Shown: one piece after another, positions 47,845 through 60,109 of the stretch
How positions within the stretch are numbered: the stretch's first letter is position 1
How the letters are laid out: the number at the start of each line of letters is the position of its first letter
From: Cetorhinus maximus
Lineage: Eukaryota
Assembly: GCF_964194155.1 (NCBI RefSeq)
Contig: NC_135908.1
Location: forward strand, 10,044,001-10,108,000
DNA length: 64,000 nucleotides
Direction of reading: 5' to 3'
Position numbers and translations under genes: made by a program
Notes under the pieces: generated by a model
Told to the model about the DNA's origin: nothing
The model's input: the letters and a program-made list of their open reading frames with translations, nothing else
Databases searched by the model: none

Positions 47845-50698
47845 TAATAGACTAATATTTTCCCAATGAGAGATGTTAAGCTAACTGACCAATAGTTACC
47901 TAATTTTTGTCTTCCTCCCTTTATGAATAAGGGTGTTACATTGGCAGTTTTCCAATCCTCTGGGACTTTTCCAGAATCTAAGGATTCTTGGAAGATGTAC
48001 TACCAGTGCATCCACTATCTCTGTAGCTACTTCCTTTAATATCCTAGGATGCAACCCATCAGGTCCCTTTAGCCCCAGTAATTTTCCCTAGTGCCTTTTC
48101 TCTAGTGATATTTATTGTATTTATTTCCTCTCCCACCTTTTGCCCCTTGATTATTTAGTATCTTTGGAATGCTATTAGTATCTTCTACCGTGAAGACTGA
48201 TACAAAGTATTTATTCAACTCCTCTGCCATTTCCTGGTTCCCCATTATTTCCCCTGCCTCATTCTCTAAGAGGCCAATGTTCACTTTGGCTTCTCTCTTC
48301 CTTATTATATACTTAAAGAATATATATCACCTCTTTGCTTAAGGGCAACAAATTCAGCACCTTAAATCAGTGCTCTTTGTTAATGATTTTCCTACCATTG
48401 AAAACAGTTTCTCCTTTATTACTATAACTAAACCATTCATAACTTTTAAGGCCTCAAATCTCCTCTTAACCTTATCTGCTCCAAGGAGAACAACCCCTTA
48501 CTTACCACCTCACTGTCCAATTTTATATTACTTACTCGTTTACCCTGAAAATTTAATTCCCTCCTTCTTTATTATTTTTGGTCATCTTTTATTGGCTTTT
48601 AAAACTTTCCCAATCATCTGGTTTACCACTAATCTTTGCCACATCGTATGTTTCTTCTTTCACTTTGATACTATCCTTAACTTCCTTGGTTAATCCCCTT
48701 CCTAGAATCCTTCTTCCTCACTGGGATCTCTTTATTGTGAGTCATGAATTATTTTCTTAAACGTCTGCCATTGCTCATCAACCATCTTTTCTGCTAAGCT
48801 CCTTTCCCAGTCCACTCTAGCCAACTCTGCCCTCATTCCATTGTAATTACCCTTATTTAAGTTTAGCACAGTTGTTTCTGACCCAAGTTTCTCACACAAA
48901 CTAAATGCTAGATTCTACCACGCTATGGTCGCTGTTTCCTTTTACTCTGAGGTCATTTATTAAACTTGCCTCATTACATTCAAAATAGCCTGATCCCTGG
49001 TTGGATCCTCAACATATTGTTCTAGGAAACTGTCCCGAATACACTCTGAATTCTTGCTCGTGGCTACCTCTGCCAATTTGATTTTCCCAATATACATGAA
49101 GATTAAAGTCACCCATGATTAATGTGCTGCCTTTTTTACATGCCCTCATTGTCTCCTGATTTATTCTCTGTCCTACAGTATAGCTACTGTTAGGGGGTCT
49201 ATAGACCACTCCCACCAGTGTCTTCTTCCCCTTGCTATTTCTTACCTCCACCCACATGGATTCTACATCTTACGATCCAAGATCATTTCTTGCTATCTAC
49301 ATCCCCACTTGTTTAATTAAATTCATTACAAAAGTTGATTGGTTTCAAATGCAAATATTGGCTGAGTTTCCATACTATTCTCAAAAAAAAACTTCAATGT
49401 TCAAATTATGGAATAACCAAAATACTGAGTCTGGAGTTTGATACCTGAAAGTCTACAAAGGGTCTCTACCATGAAAAAAGCTTTTCTTCTTCTATTGGAT
49501 TTTGGATGTCCTACATTGTATATTTATTTAACTGATTGCTAACTACTTAGAAGGTTCAGGGAAAGAAGTCAAATCACCTATGGTGAGACTTTGGATATCA
49601 ACAGCAGTATCAAGATAGGAAGATACACAGAAGTGATGCTGTAACTGAATGACAGAACAGGTTCAAGTGGTTAATTGGCCTATCTGATTTGTATGGGATA
49701 TGGGATGTTAAGGATGGAGAATGGGAATTCAGACACACAGTATCCAGGTTACAGATTTGGAATTTTTAACAAGAAGAATAGAATGTGATCTGAGTCTGCA
49801 CAAACAGTGGCCTTGCTCACTGCTGTGTCGTATAGCCTCTCAGTACACCCAAATGTAAAGCTTCACTAATGTACTCAGGACACTAACTGGTAAACTCACT
49901 CGTACCAAAGATGGCTGGCAGGGAGATATCCCACACTGGTATGGTATTATTTGTAAGGTTAGTGCTGAGGTACTTTATTAGGGCAAAGTAGCTGACTGTT
50001 ATATTTGACAGAATGGTTGGAGGCAGATAGAGCAGGAAGACCTCAGGTTCAATCCTGAGCCTGTGCTGAACTTGCTAACCTTAAGCAAAGAGGTGGTGGG
50101 CAGGGTGCAACTGGTTTGCTTTTGTTCCCCTCCTCCCATACCTGCTTGCAACCTGATCATTTGGTAGCCAACTCATACTGGAGGTGTGAATCATACAGCA
50201 CGGAAAGAGTCCACTCAGCCCACTGTGTCCTACGTAGACCTATCCTATTGATTTCACTTCTCAGTTCTTTCCCAATAGTTCCGTAAAAAATTATTTTCAA
50301 ATACATATTTAATTCCCTCTTGAACCTGTTTCCACCATCCTTTCAGATCACAAATCACTTTATATAAAAAAACATTTCCTCATCTCCTCTCTGGTTCTTT
50401 TAATAATCACCTTAAAATCGGTGCCCTCTGTTACTGATTTTCCTACCATTGGAAACAGTTTCTCCTTAATTACTCCAAACCATTCATAACTTTAAAGGCC
50501 TCAAATCTCCTCTTAACCTTCTCTGCTCCAAGGAGAACAACCCCAGCTTCTCCAGTCTATCCACATCACAGAAGTCTCTAGTACCACTCTAGCAAATCTC
50601 TTCTGAACCCTTACCAAGACTTTGACATCCTCCCTAAAGTGTACTGCCCAGAACTGAATATAGGATTTGATCTGCTGTGATGTCTACTGCGGTCAAAC

Positions 50699-50850
50699 AG
50701 CTCATCAACAATCATCAGCAACGCTCACAAATTAAAGGCCATTTGAGAAAGATAGAGTATGACTATAGCCCGACTATAGCTCATCAACAATCATCAGCAA
50801 TGCTCACAAATTAAAGGCCATTTGAGTAAGATAGAGTACAACTATAGCCC
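50699..50850. repeat. Tandem duplication with ~79-bp period
   Basis: AGCTCATCAACAATCATCAGCAA...ACTATAGCCC occurs twice with few mismatches. Confidence 0.85.
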
Positions 50851-51952
50851 ACGAAACCTGACTCCAGCAAGGAAAGAGAGAAACAAGGAATGTATATGAC
50901 TTTTTAAAAGTAGTCAACTTTTACATTAGTCACATACCCACAACAGCTTCCCCTACATTACACCAAGATTCACAGTTGTTTCAAGTGCAATTAAAACCCA
51001 AAACATCTGTACAAGTCATACCTGACAGGAGGGAATGTTAAACAAGTCAACATCAGCACTGTAAAATCTCCTATGCCTTGGTGCCTAGATTCAGCCCCTT
51101 CAGCACAACTACTAGCTTATTTTGAATGAACAGCAAGGAAAAATTCCTGTTACAGATGATCTTTGGATCATTTTAAAGTACAATCACACAGGAAGGGCCC
51201 CAAGGGGCCCAGTATGTAGCGCAGCTTTAGCTATTAGTAAGATTGGGACCCTAGCAGCCATGGTTAAACTACAAGGCTCCATTGAGTGGATTGACATCAA
51301 GTCCAGTAAAACAAAACCTCCAAACTGACCTAAATATACCCATACTCTATTGTATGAAGCAACCAGCCCTGACAAGTAGAATTCATCTCCCCACTTTACC
51401 AGCTACACCCAAACCCTGCAATTTGATCTCCTTTGCAGTCTGGAGTGAAATATAGCATGTCTGTATCATAATTCTCACAAATTTCCACAATGGGAAGCAT
51501 GCAGCATGGAATACAAAAGGATATTTTCAAAAGCAGTGCATGGATTTTCTGCAAAGCCAAGTATAACTGTGAATATAGGGGTTTTCTCTCAGTAATGGAT
51601 ACAGGGCTATGTTCAAAGAGAAAGTGGGGAAGGAACACATTCCTTCCAACTCTCAACTCCAGTGTCTGATAAATTTCCTTCCTTATAGAGTAGCATTGTT
51701 CAAAAAACCTGGAACTCCCCTCCTAACAGCACTGTGAGGGTACCTACACATGGGCTGCAGTGGTTCAAGAAGGCAGCTCACCGCCACCTTCTCAAGGTCA
51801 ATTAGGGATGGGCACAGTACATGTTGGCCTAGCCAGTGATGCCTACATCCCATGAAAGAATAATTACCAGAAGTAGAGAGCCAATATTTGAGTGTTATTC
51901 ATAGGACAAGTTACACAGTTTTCTTGAATTTCTTAGAGAGGGAGGGGAGGCA

Positions 51953-53068
51953 GAGGCAGCTGTGACGTAGTAGTAATATTACTGGATTAATAATCCAAAG
52001 GCCCAGGCTAATACCCTGGGGACACAGGTTCAAATCTCACCACAGCAGCTGGTGTTCAATTAATAAATCTGGAATATAACCCTAGTTATAGTATAAAGCA
52101 TATGCTGCTTCATATACTATATGCTTTATTAACTGCTCTCTCAACATACCCTGCCATCTTCAATGACCTATGTACGTATGCACCCAGGTGTCTCTGTTCC
52201 TGCAGCTCCTTTTGAGGCTCTCCCTTTATTTTATATTGTCTCACCATATTTTTCCTGCCAAAAGGAATAACCTCACACTTCTCTGCATTGAACTTCATCT
52301 GCCACTTGTCTTCCCAATCCACCAACATGTCTTTGTCCTTATGAAGTTCAGGACTATCCCCATCACAGTTGACAATATTTCCAACCTTCGTGTCATCTGC
52401 AAATTTTGAAATCGTGCCTTGAACATCACAGTCTAGGTCGTTAATATATACCAGAAAGAGCAAGGGTCCCAACACTGACCCCTGGGGAAGTCCACCACAA
52501 ACCTTCCTCCAAAGTTAAAAACAACCATTGATCACTACTCTCTGTTTCCTGTCACTCAGCCAATTTCTTATCCAAGTGCTTACTTTCCCTTTTATTCCAT
52601 GACCTAGAACTTTGCTCAAGTCTGTTTTGTGGCACCATATCAAACGCCTTTTCAAAATCCATATACACATCAACAGCATTTCTCTTATCAACATTCTCTG
52701 TTACCTCCTCAAAAAAACTCCAGCAAGTTAGTTAAACCTGATTTTCCCTTAATGAATCCATGTTGGCTTTCCATAATTATCCTGTACTTGTCTAAGTGAC
52801 TACTGATTTGATCTCGTACTATAGTACCCAAAGGTTCCCTACCACTGAGTCAAACTGATGGTCTGCAGTTGCCAGCTTAATCCTTGCACCCCTGAATGTC
52901 ATTGCCATTGACTGTCATAACATTCCATCTGGTTCACTGGTGCCCTTTCATGAAGGAAATCTGCCATGCTAACTGGATGGCCCACGTCACTCCAGACCCT
53001 CAGCAATATGACTGACTCTTAACTACCCCCTAAAAAGGCCTAATAAGCCACTTAGTTCAAGGGCAATT
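51953..53068 (+). mobile_element. tRNA-headed SINE split by the 52090-52895 CR1 fragment; further copies at about 56900-57180 (+) and 12450-12597 (-)
   Basis: Head with A-box-like sequence and GGTTCAAATCTC B box at about 52027-52038; body resumes at about 52925. Confidence 0.6.
52090..52895 (-). mobile_element. CR1 RT fragment
   Basis: LGPLLFLVYINDLD...SKFADDTK...WQMKFNAEKCEVI. Confidence 0.88.
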
Positions 53069-53948
53069 CCCTCCCCACCCCCAAACTTCCCCTCTCCACA
53101 CCATCCCTCCCCGCCCCCTCCCTTTCTCCCCCCAATCCCTCCCTCCCCCTACCCACTCCTCCGCTGCCCCCTCCCCTCCTCTCTCCTCCCCTGCTGCCCC
53201 CTCCGCTCCCCCCTGCCCCCTCCTCCTCTCCCCACTCCCCCTGCCCCCTCCTCTCGCCCTGCCACCTCCTCTCTCCCATCGCCCTCTCCTCTCCTCTTCT
53301 CTCCCCCTGCCCCCTCCTCTTCCCCTGCTCCCTCTCCTCCCCTCTGCNNNNNNNNNNNNNNNNNNNNNNNNNNNNNNNNNNNNNNNNNNNNNNNNNNNNN
53401 NNNNNNNNNNNNNNNNNNNNNNNNNNNNNNNNNNNNNNNNNNNNNNNNNNNNNNNNNNNNNNNNNNNNNNNNNNNNNNNNNNNNNNNNNNNNNTCTCCCC
53501 TCTCTGCCCCCCTCCTCTCCCCTCTCCGCCCCCCTCCTCTCCCCTCTCCGCCCCCCTCCTCTCCCCTCTCCGCCCCCCTCCTCTCCCCTCTCTGCCCCCC
53601 TCCTCTCCCCTCTCCGCCCCCCTCCTCTCCCCTCTCCGCCCCCCTCCTCTCCCCTCTCCGCCCCCCTCCTCTCCCCTCTCCGCCCCCCTCCTCTCCCCTC
53701 TCCGCCCCCCTCCTCTCCCCTCTCCGCCCCCCTCCTCTCCCCTCTCCGCCCCCCTCCTCTCCCCTCTCCGCCCCCCTCCTCTCCCCTCTCCGCCCCCCTC
53801 CTCTCCCCTCTCCGCCCCCCTCCTCTCCCCTCTCCGCCCCCCTCCTCTCCCCTCTCCGCCCCCCTCCTCTCCCCTCTCCGCCCCCCGCCCCCTCCTCCTC
53901 CTCCCCCCCACCCCCTCCTCCTCCTCCTCCTCCTCCCCCCCGCCCCCT
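53068..53948. repeat. C-rich tract / 22-bp repeat (CCCCTCCTCTCCCCTCTCCGCC) containing an assembly gap
   Basis: Direct inspection; N run at 53348-53493. Confidence 0.93.
53348..53493. other. Assembly gap (146 N)
   Basis: Run of N. Confidence 1.
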
Positions 53949-54740
53949 TCCACTGTGAAGACTGACGCAAATAACCTATTCAGTTCCTCCGCCACTTCTT
54001 TGTTCCCCACTACTGCATCTCCAGCATTATTTTCCAGCAGCCCAATGTCCACTTTTGCCTCACTCTTACCCTTTATATATCTAAAAAAACTCTTGCAATC
54101 TTCTTTTATATTACTGGCTAGTTTACCCTCATATTTAATCTTCTCCCTCCTTATTTCTTTTTTAGTTGTAGGCTTCCCAATCACCTGGTTTCCCCACTAC
54201 TCTTCGCCACATTGTATGCTTTCTCTTTAGCTTTTATGCTGTCCCTGACTTCCCTTGTCAGCCATGGTTGCCTCGTCCTCCCTTTAGTATGCTTCTTCTT
54301 CCTAGGGATGAATTTTTGCTGTGTCTCCCAAATTACTCCCAGAAACTCCTGCCATTGCTGTTCCATTGTCTTTCCTGTTAGGCTCATCTCCCAGTCAATT
54401 CTGGCCAGCTCCTCCCTCATGCCTCTGTGGTTGCCTTTATTCAACTGTAATACCATTACATCTGATTCCAGCTTTTTCCTCTCAAATTGCAGGGTAAATT
54501 CTATCATATTATGGTCACTTCCTCCTAAGGGTTCCTTCACCTTAAGCTCCCTTATCAAATCTGCCTCATTACACATCACTAAATCTAGAATTGCCTGTTC
54601 CCTAGTGAGCTCAACCACAAGCTGCTCCAAAAAGCCATCTCGTAGACATTCTACAAATTCCTTTTCTTGGGATCCACTACCAACCTGATTTTCCCAGTCT
54701 ACCTGCATATTGAAATCCCCCCACGATCACTGTAACCTTG
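53949..54740 (-). mobile_element. CR1 ORF2 fragment (EN C-terminus and linker)
   Basis: ORF with FLEQLV...TREQAILDLV...LGGSDHN...PWLT and KYEGKLASNIKEDCKSFFRYIK. Confidence 0.88.
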
Positions 54741-56261
54741 CCTCTCCCCCTGCTCTCTCCTCTCCCCCTGCCCCTCCTCCTCCCCCCTCCCCTCCGCCCC
54801 CTCCCCATGCACTCCTCCCCCCCGCCCCCCTCCCCATGCCCCCCTCCCCCCTGCCCCCTCCCCATGCCCCTCCGCCCCCTCCCCTCCTCCCCCCTGCCCC
54901 CTCCCCATGCCCCTCCACCCCCTCCCCTCCTCCCCCTGCCCCCCTCCCCTCCTCCGCCCCTCCCCTCCTCCTATGCCCCCCTCCCCTCCTCCTATGGCCC
55001 CCTCCCCCCTGCCCTCCTCCTATGCCCCCCCTCCTTATGCCCCCCTGCCCTCCTCCCCCCCTGCCCTCCTCCTCCCCCCCCACCCTCCTCCTCCCGCCCC
55101 CCACCCTGCCCTCCTCCTCCCGCCCCCCACCCTGCCCTCCTCCTCCCCCCCCCCACCCTGCCCTCCTCCTCCCCCCGCCCCACCTGCCCTCCCTCCTCCC
55201 CCCGCCCACCCTGCCCTCCTCCTCCCCCCCCCCCACCCTGCCCTCCTCCTCCCCCCCCCCCCACCCTGCCCTCCTCCTCCCCCCCCCCCACCCTGCCCCT
55301 CCTCCTCCCCCCCCCCACCCTGCCCTCCTCCTCCCCCCCCCACCCTGCCCCCTCCTCCCCCCCCCCCCCACCCTGCCCTCCTCCTCCTCCTCCCCCCCCA
55401 CCCTGCCCTCCTCCCCCCCCCACCCTCCCCTCCTCCCCCCCCCACCCTCCCCTCCCCTCCCCCCACCCTCCCCTCCTCCTTATGCCCCCCTCCCCTCCTC
55501 CTTATGCCCCCCTCCTCCTTATGCCCCCCTCCCCTCCTCCTTATGTCCCCCTCCCCTCCTCCTTATGCCCCCCTCCCCTCCTCCTTATGCCCCCCTCCCC
55601 TCCCCCTTATGCCCCCTCCCCTCCTCCTTATGCCCCCCTCCCTCCTCCTTATGCCCCCCCTCCCTCCTCCTTATGCCCCCCTCCCCTCCTCCTTATGCCC
55701 CCCTCCCCTCCTCCTTATGCCCCCCTCCCCTCCTCCTTATGCCCCCCTCCCCTCCTCCTTATGCCCCCCTCCCCTCCTCCTTATGCCCCCCTCCCCTCCT
55801 CCTTATGCCCCCCTCCCCTCCTCCTTATGCCCCCCTCCCCTCCTCCTTATGCCCCCCTCCCCTCCTCCTTATGCCCCCCTCCCCTCCTCCTTACCCTCCC
55901 CTCCTCCTTATGCCCCCCTCCCCTCCTCCTTATGCCCCCCTCCCCTCCTCCTTATGCCCCCCTCCCCTCCTCCTTATGCCCCCCTCCCCTCCTCCTTATG
56001 CCCCCCTCCCCTCCTCCTTATGCCCCCCTCCCCTCCTCCTTATGCCCCCCTCCCCTCCTCCTTATGCCCCCCTCCCCTCCTCCTTATGCCCCCCTCCCCT
56101 CCTCCTTATGCCCGTTGACCCCTCCTCCTTATGCCCGTTGACCCCTCCTCCTTATGCCCGTTGACCCCTCCTCCTTATGCCCGTTGACCCCTCCTCCTAT
56201 GCCCGTTGACCCCTCCTCCTATGCCCGTTGACCCCTCCTCCTATGCCCGTTGACCCCTCCT
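54741..56261. repeat. C-rich compound minisatellite (CCCCTCCTCCTTATGCCCCCCT 22-mer, grading into GCCCGTTGACCCCTCCTCCTTAT)
   Basis: Direct inspection; at the 5' end of SNX1 intron 1. Confidence 0.93.
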
Positions 56262-56345
56262 CTGACTCTGCCCCCGGTCACACCCCGCGCTCCAGCTCCT
56301 TATCCGCCGCTTGTCAGTGAAGCTGTCCCGGTCCAACACACTCAC

Positions 56346-56435
56346 GCTGCCGGTGAAGATGTCTTCTCCTTCTCCGTCTCCGTCTCCCTCTGGCTCGGGC
56401 TCCAGGATCGCTGGCTGCCGCTGCTCCGCCGCCAT
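56346..56435 (-). CDS. SNX1: Sorting nexin 1 exon 1: MAAEQRQPAILEPEPEGDGDGEGEDIFTGS
   Basis: aagATGg Kozak context, donor GTGAGT, 30 codons; EGEDIFTG motif as in SNX1. Confidence 0.9.
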
Positions 56436-56530
56436 CTTGTGCCTAACAACCACAACAAAACTTTATTGTTCCCGCGGCCCCGCCCCCTCAACAAGACTTT
56501 ATTGTTCCCAAGCCCGCGGACAGGCGGGAA
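56428..56530 (-). promoter_or_regulatory. SNX1 CpG-rich promoter/5' UTR with a YY1 motif (CAAGATGGCGGC) over the start codon and a GC box
   Basis: GCCGCCATCTTG at 56428-56439; GGCCCCGCCCCC at about 56476-56487; locally high CpG. Confidence 0.6.
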
Positions 56531-58059
56531 GGAGCGGCCTAGGGGGCGAGTGCGGCCTTTCGCTGTCTGCTCAGCCAGAATAACCTCCACATCCCTACAC
56601 ACTGAGGTAAATCACCAGTTTTAACAGTCCCTACACACTGAGGTAAATCTCCCAGGGAATTTCCTCTTCAAAATATACCCCTGTTTATTCAATCCTCATC
56701 ATCAAATACTATTTACAATCCATATTGGTACGTGTCCTGTTACCTTTGCATATTGTCCTTAATCCTCATCATCTTACTTTGTGACATGAATTTACTTCAT
56801 AAACTTCATTAATGATGTGACCTCATAAGGAACCCCATTACACTATTAATGTCTTGTGGTCCATACATTGGTTGATGCCCAATCTTGTGCATTCATTAAG
56901 GAGATGGCGATGCAGCGGTTATGTTTCTGGACAGAGAGCCTAGTTTTATAAACCACCCGTAACAGTTTGAGAATTTAAATTCTCTTCCTTAAAAATATGG
57001 AAATACCAGGCCATGACACTACCAGATTTTTTTATTTTTAAAAAACATCTAGTTCACTAATGCCCTTATCCCGGTCTGACCTATATGCAATTCTAGATCA
57101 ACAGCAGTGTTGTCCTGGTTGGCTTTTAACTACTCTTTTTGGACTAGCAAAGATGGGCACTAAAAGTTGGCCTTACATCCAAAAATTAGTTTTGTTTTGA
57201 TACATCTCATTCTTGACAATATTTGCCTGTCAGGAAAGGCAAGGCTATTAACTCCAATCTATGTAGCTTTGCTCCATTACTTTAATTTTAAAACCAAATA
57301 CAGGTAATACAGTTTTTAAGAATTACATAAGAAAGAAAGACTTTCATTAATATAGCCGAATTCACAAACTAGGGACGTTCAAAGTGCCAACAAAGTATTT
57401 TGAAGCATAGTCACTATAGTCAGGAAATAAAAGTGCAGAATATCATGAAGAGAATGACAACACAGAAATATTACAAACATATTCTTAATATTTGCTGCCT
57501 GAATGGATATTAGAAGTGTGTTTACAAGTACACTGTAACCTGTCCTGTCCAGAACGCTTGGCACTAAGTCAGTTCTGGATTTTGGAATTTTCTGGATTAT
57601 AGAATGACTAACCACAAGTGTGTGAACCAGAAAATACCTGGACATAAATAATTACCTCAAACATAAAACTGGGATAAAATATTAGAAAGCAGTAATAAAA
57701 ATTGTTTTACTTATCCAAATACTGTATTTTCCATGTTTCTGCTCCCAAAGTACTGTACTAAAATGATGCCAATGATGTTGAGGGAATGCTTGGTCTGCTC
57801 AAAAAAAGTTCCAGACACATGGTGTTTCCAAACAATAGATTTCAAGACCAGAGTGGTTAGAGTGTATCCATTATTACCAACTTCTGATCCAGTGGCAAAC
57901 AGGGTTTTGTATTCAGCAGGAGTTGCGTACGCTCAAACCAATGCATGGCTTCTGGGGATAAGCATTTGGGGGGTTGTTCACATTCTGAGGTCCTTAGCCT
58001 ACAGTTTCAATTATTTTACCAAATAGCGAAAGAAGGCCAAAGTGTAGAAGAGAAGGATA

Positions 58060-58745
58060 CATTGGGGTCCCACAGGGTTCGATATTAGGACCATTGCTTT
58101 TCTTGTTATATATAAATAACCTGGACTTGGATATAGAGAGGTCAATTTTGAAGTTTGTTGATGACACACAACTTGACAGCATAGGAAATGGTGAACAGGA
58201 TATTAGCATACTTCAGGTAGATGAAGACAGACTGGTGAAAAAGGCAGATACATGACAGAAGCTGTTTAATGTGGATAAGTTTTTTAAAAATTCTTCCCTG
58301 GGATGCTGCGGCATTCCTAATTGCCCTTGAGAAGGTGGTGGTGAGCTGCCTTCTTTGAACCACTGCAGTCCATGTGGTGTAGGGACACCCACAGTGTGGT
58401 TAGGGAGGGAGTTCCAGGATTTTGACCCAGCGGCAGTGAAGGAATGGCAATATATTTCCAAGCCAGGATGGTGTGCGGCTTGGAAGGGAACTTTCAGATG
58501 ACGGTGTTCCCATGTATCTGCTGCTCTTGACCTTCTAGATGGTAGCGGTTGAGGGGTTTGGGAGTGTGAAGTGAAGCACTTTGGCAGGAACAACATGAAG
58601 AGGCAGTATGATCTAAATAGGACTATTTTGAAGTGCAAGAGCAGAGGGGTCAGACTGTATATTCACAAATCCTTATAGTCAGCAGAGCAAATTGATAAGG
58701 CAGTTAAGAAAGCAGATGGGATACTTGGTTTTGTAAATAGGGGAA
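58060..58745 (+). mobile_element. Degenerate CR1 RT fragment interrupted by an antisense LINE 3' end (about 58295-58560)
   Basis: GVPQGSILGPLLF and KFVDDT remnants; the insert matches the 18265-18500 tail region. Confidence 0.7.
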
Positions 58746-58849
58746 CTGAAATACAGTGTCACAGTAATTCTATCCTTATATAGAAATTGAAAATACTCAA
58801 CAGGTCAGGCAGCATCTGTGAAATGAGAAACAGTTAACTCTGCAGTTTA

Positions 58850-59385
58850 CCTCTAGACTTGACTATTTCAACTCACTCCTGATTCTACCTTCTGTAAACT
58901 CAATGTCTTCCAAAACTCTGCTGCCTCTGTCCTAAGTCATGCCAAGTTCTATTCACCTTTGTGCTCGCTGACCTATGTCAACTCTTGGTTAAGTCATGCC
59001 TCAATCTTAAAATTCTCATCCCTGTTTTTAAATTCCTTCATGGCCTCGCCCCTTCCTATCTCAGTTATATCCTCCAGTCCCACTACCCCCTGAGATAACT
59101 GTAACCCTAATTCAGGCTTCTTGAAGATCCCAAATTTTAATTGCTACACTGTTGGCGGCCATGCCTTCAGCTGCCTGGGTGCTAAGTTCTGGAATTCCTT
59201 CCATAAACTTTTATGCCTCTCTCCCTCTCTCTCTCTCTCTCTTCCTGTAAGACATTCCTTAAAACCTACTTGCTGTCCTAATATCTCCTTATGTGACTCA
59301 CTGTCATAATTTGTTCTATAATGCTGCTGTGTAGCGCTTGGGATATTTTATTTCCTAGAAGGTGCTATATAAATACAAGTTATTT
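58850..59385 (+). mobile_element. L2-clade LINE 3' end; related pieces at about 17748-17978, 3510-3860 and 28810-29290
   Basis: Ends in ...GGTGCTATATAAATACAAGTT with typical L2 3' motifs. Confidence 0.55.
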
Positions 59386-60109
59386 AAGTGTTGATGTTGC
59401 TGACATTGGCCTGTCCGTGAGTTGGTAGGTGTTGCTGAGCTGCCACACTCTGCCAGTAGATGGTGCTTTCATTCCTTCCTTGTTAAAAGAAAACAGTTAA
59501 CTATTTTACGTCAGAACATGCCACAGCCAAAACATTGGAAAAACATTTACAAAGCATTTAAAGCAATTGCTGTGGATACAAGCAACCAATTAACTGGAGA
59601 CGGGATGGGTTGGAAAAGCAGAAGTTCTAACATTTGAAGAATGAAATGAAAGAGTTGTAATTAGTGCTTATGGCAGGATGATGAGGAAGGGCCAAACTGT
59701 GTTGAGTCTGAGCTCCTGTACGACTCCAGACTTAGCCCATTAATTTGTCTAACTCCTACACAGGTATATTTATAGCACGAGGAATGAGTGGAAGAGAAAG
59801 TGCTTTAACCAGGTTCCTGCCAAATCCACAATCTTGATGAACGTGGCATCTTCAGTTTTGCCATCAAAAGCCCAGTACAGCTGAGTATGTAATGGAAAAT
59901 TCACCAACTACTTTGGAATGACGTGTTCTGCTCTCGCCTGTGAATCTCACTGAAATTTCAGTGCTGAAGACTAAAATGCAAGTCAATAGGTTCAGAATGA
60001 TCTCCAGATTACCCAGCATCAGATTACTATTAAGCATTGAATGGCCTAGTGTTGGGAGAGTTTCTGTACCAGATGGGTGATCATCTGTTTTCTTCAATTC
60101 TCCCCAAGC

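Larger units (their letters stand above)
46145..49300 (-). mobile_element. Degenerate CR1 LINE ORF2 (EN to 3' end) with nested insertions
   Basis: VGVVYRPPN...MGDFN, EMAEELNKYFVSVFTVED, RT remnants, SYEERLSRLGLYLLEFRRMRGNLIETYKIL and a CR1 3' UTR. Confidence 0.88.

Noticed and set aside
53052-56164. Extensin-like proline-rich and glycine-rich ORFs up to 484 aa
   Set aside because: Low-complexity C-rich tracts open in all frames, partly spanning an N gap
26741-56435. Assignment as SNX2
   Set aside because: Diagnostic PX and BAR blocks and linkage to SNX22 and SNX33 favour SNX1; no tree was run
56436-56453. Upstream extension of SNX1 (MVVRHK) in the ORF track
   Set aside because: It uses a non-ATG start; the ATG at 56435 has good Kozak context and gives a family-like MAAE N-terminus
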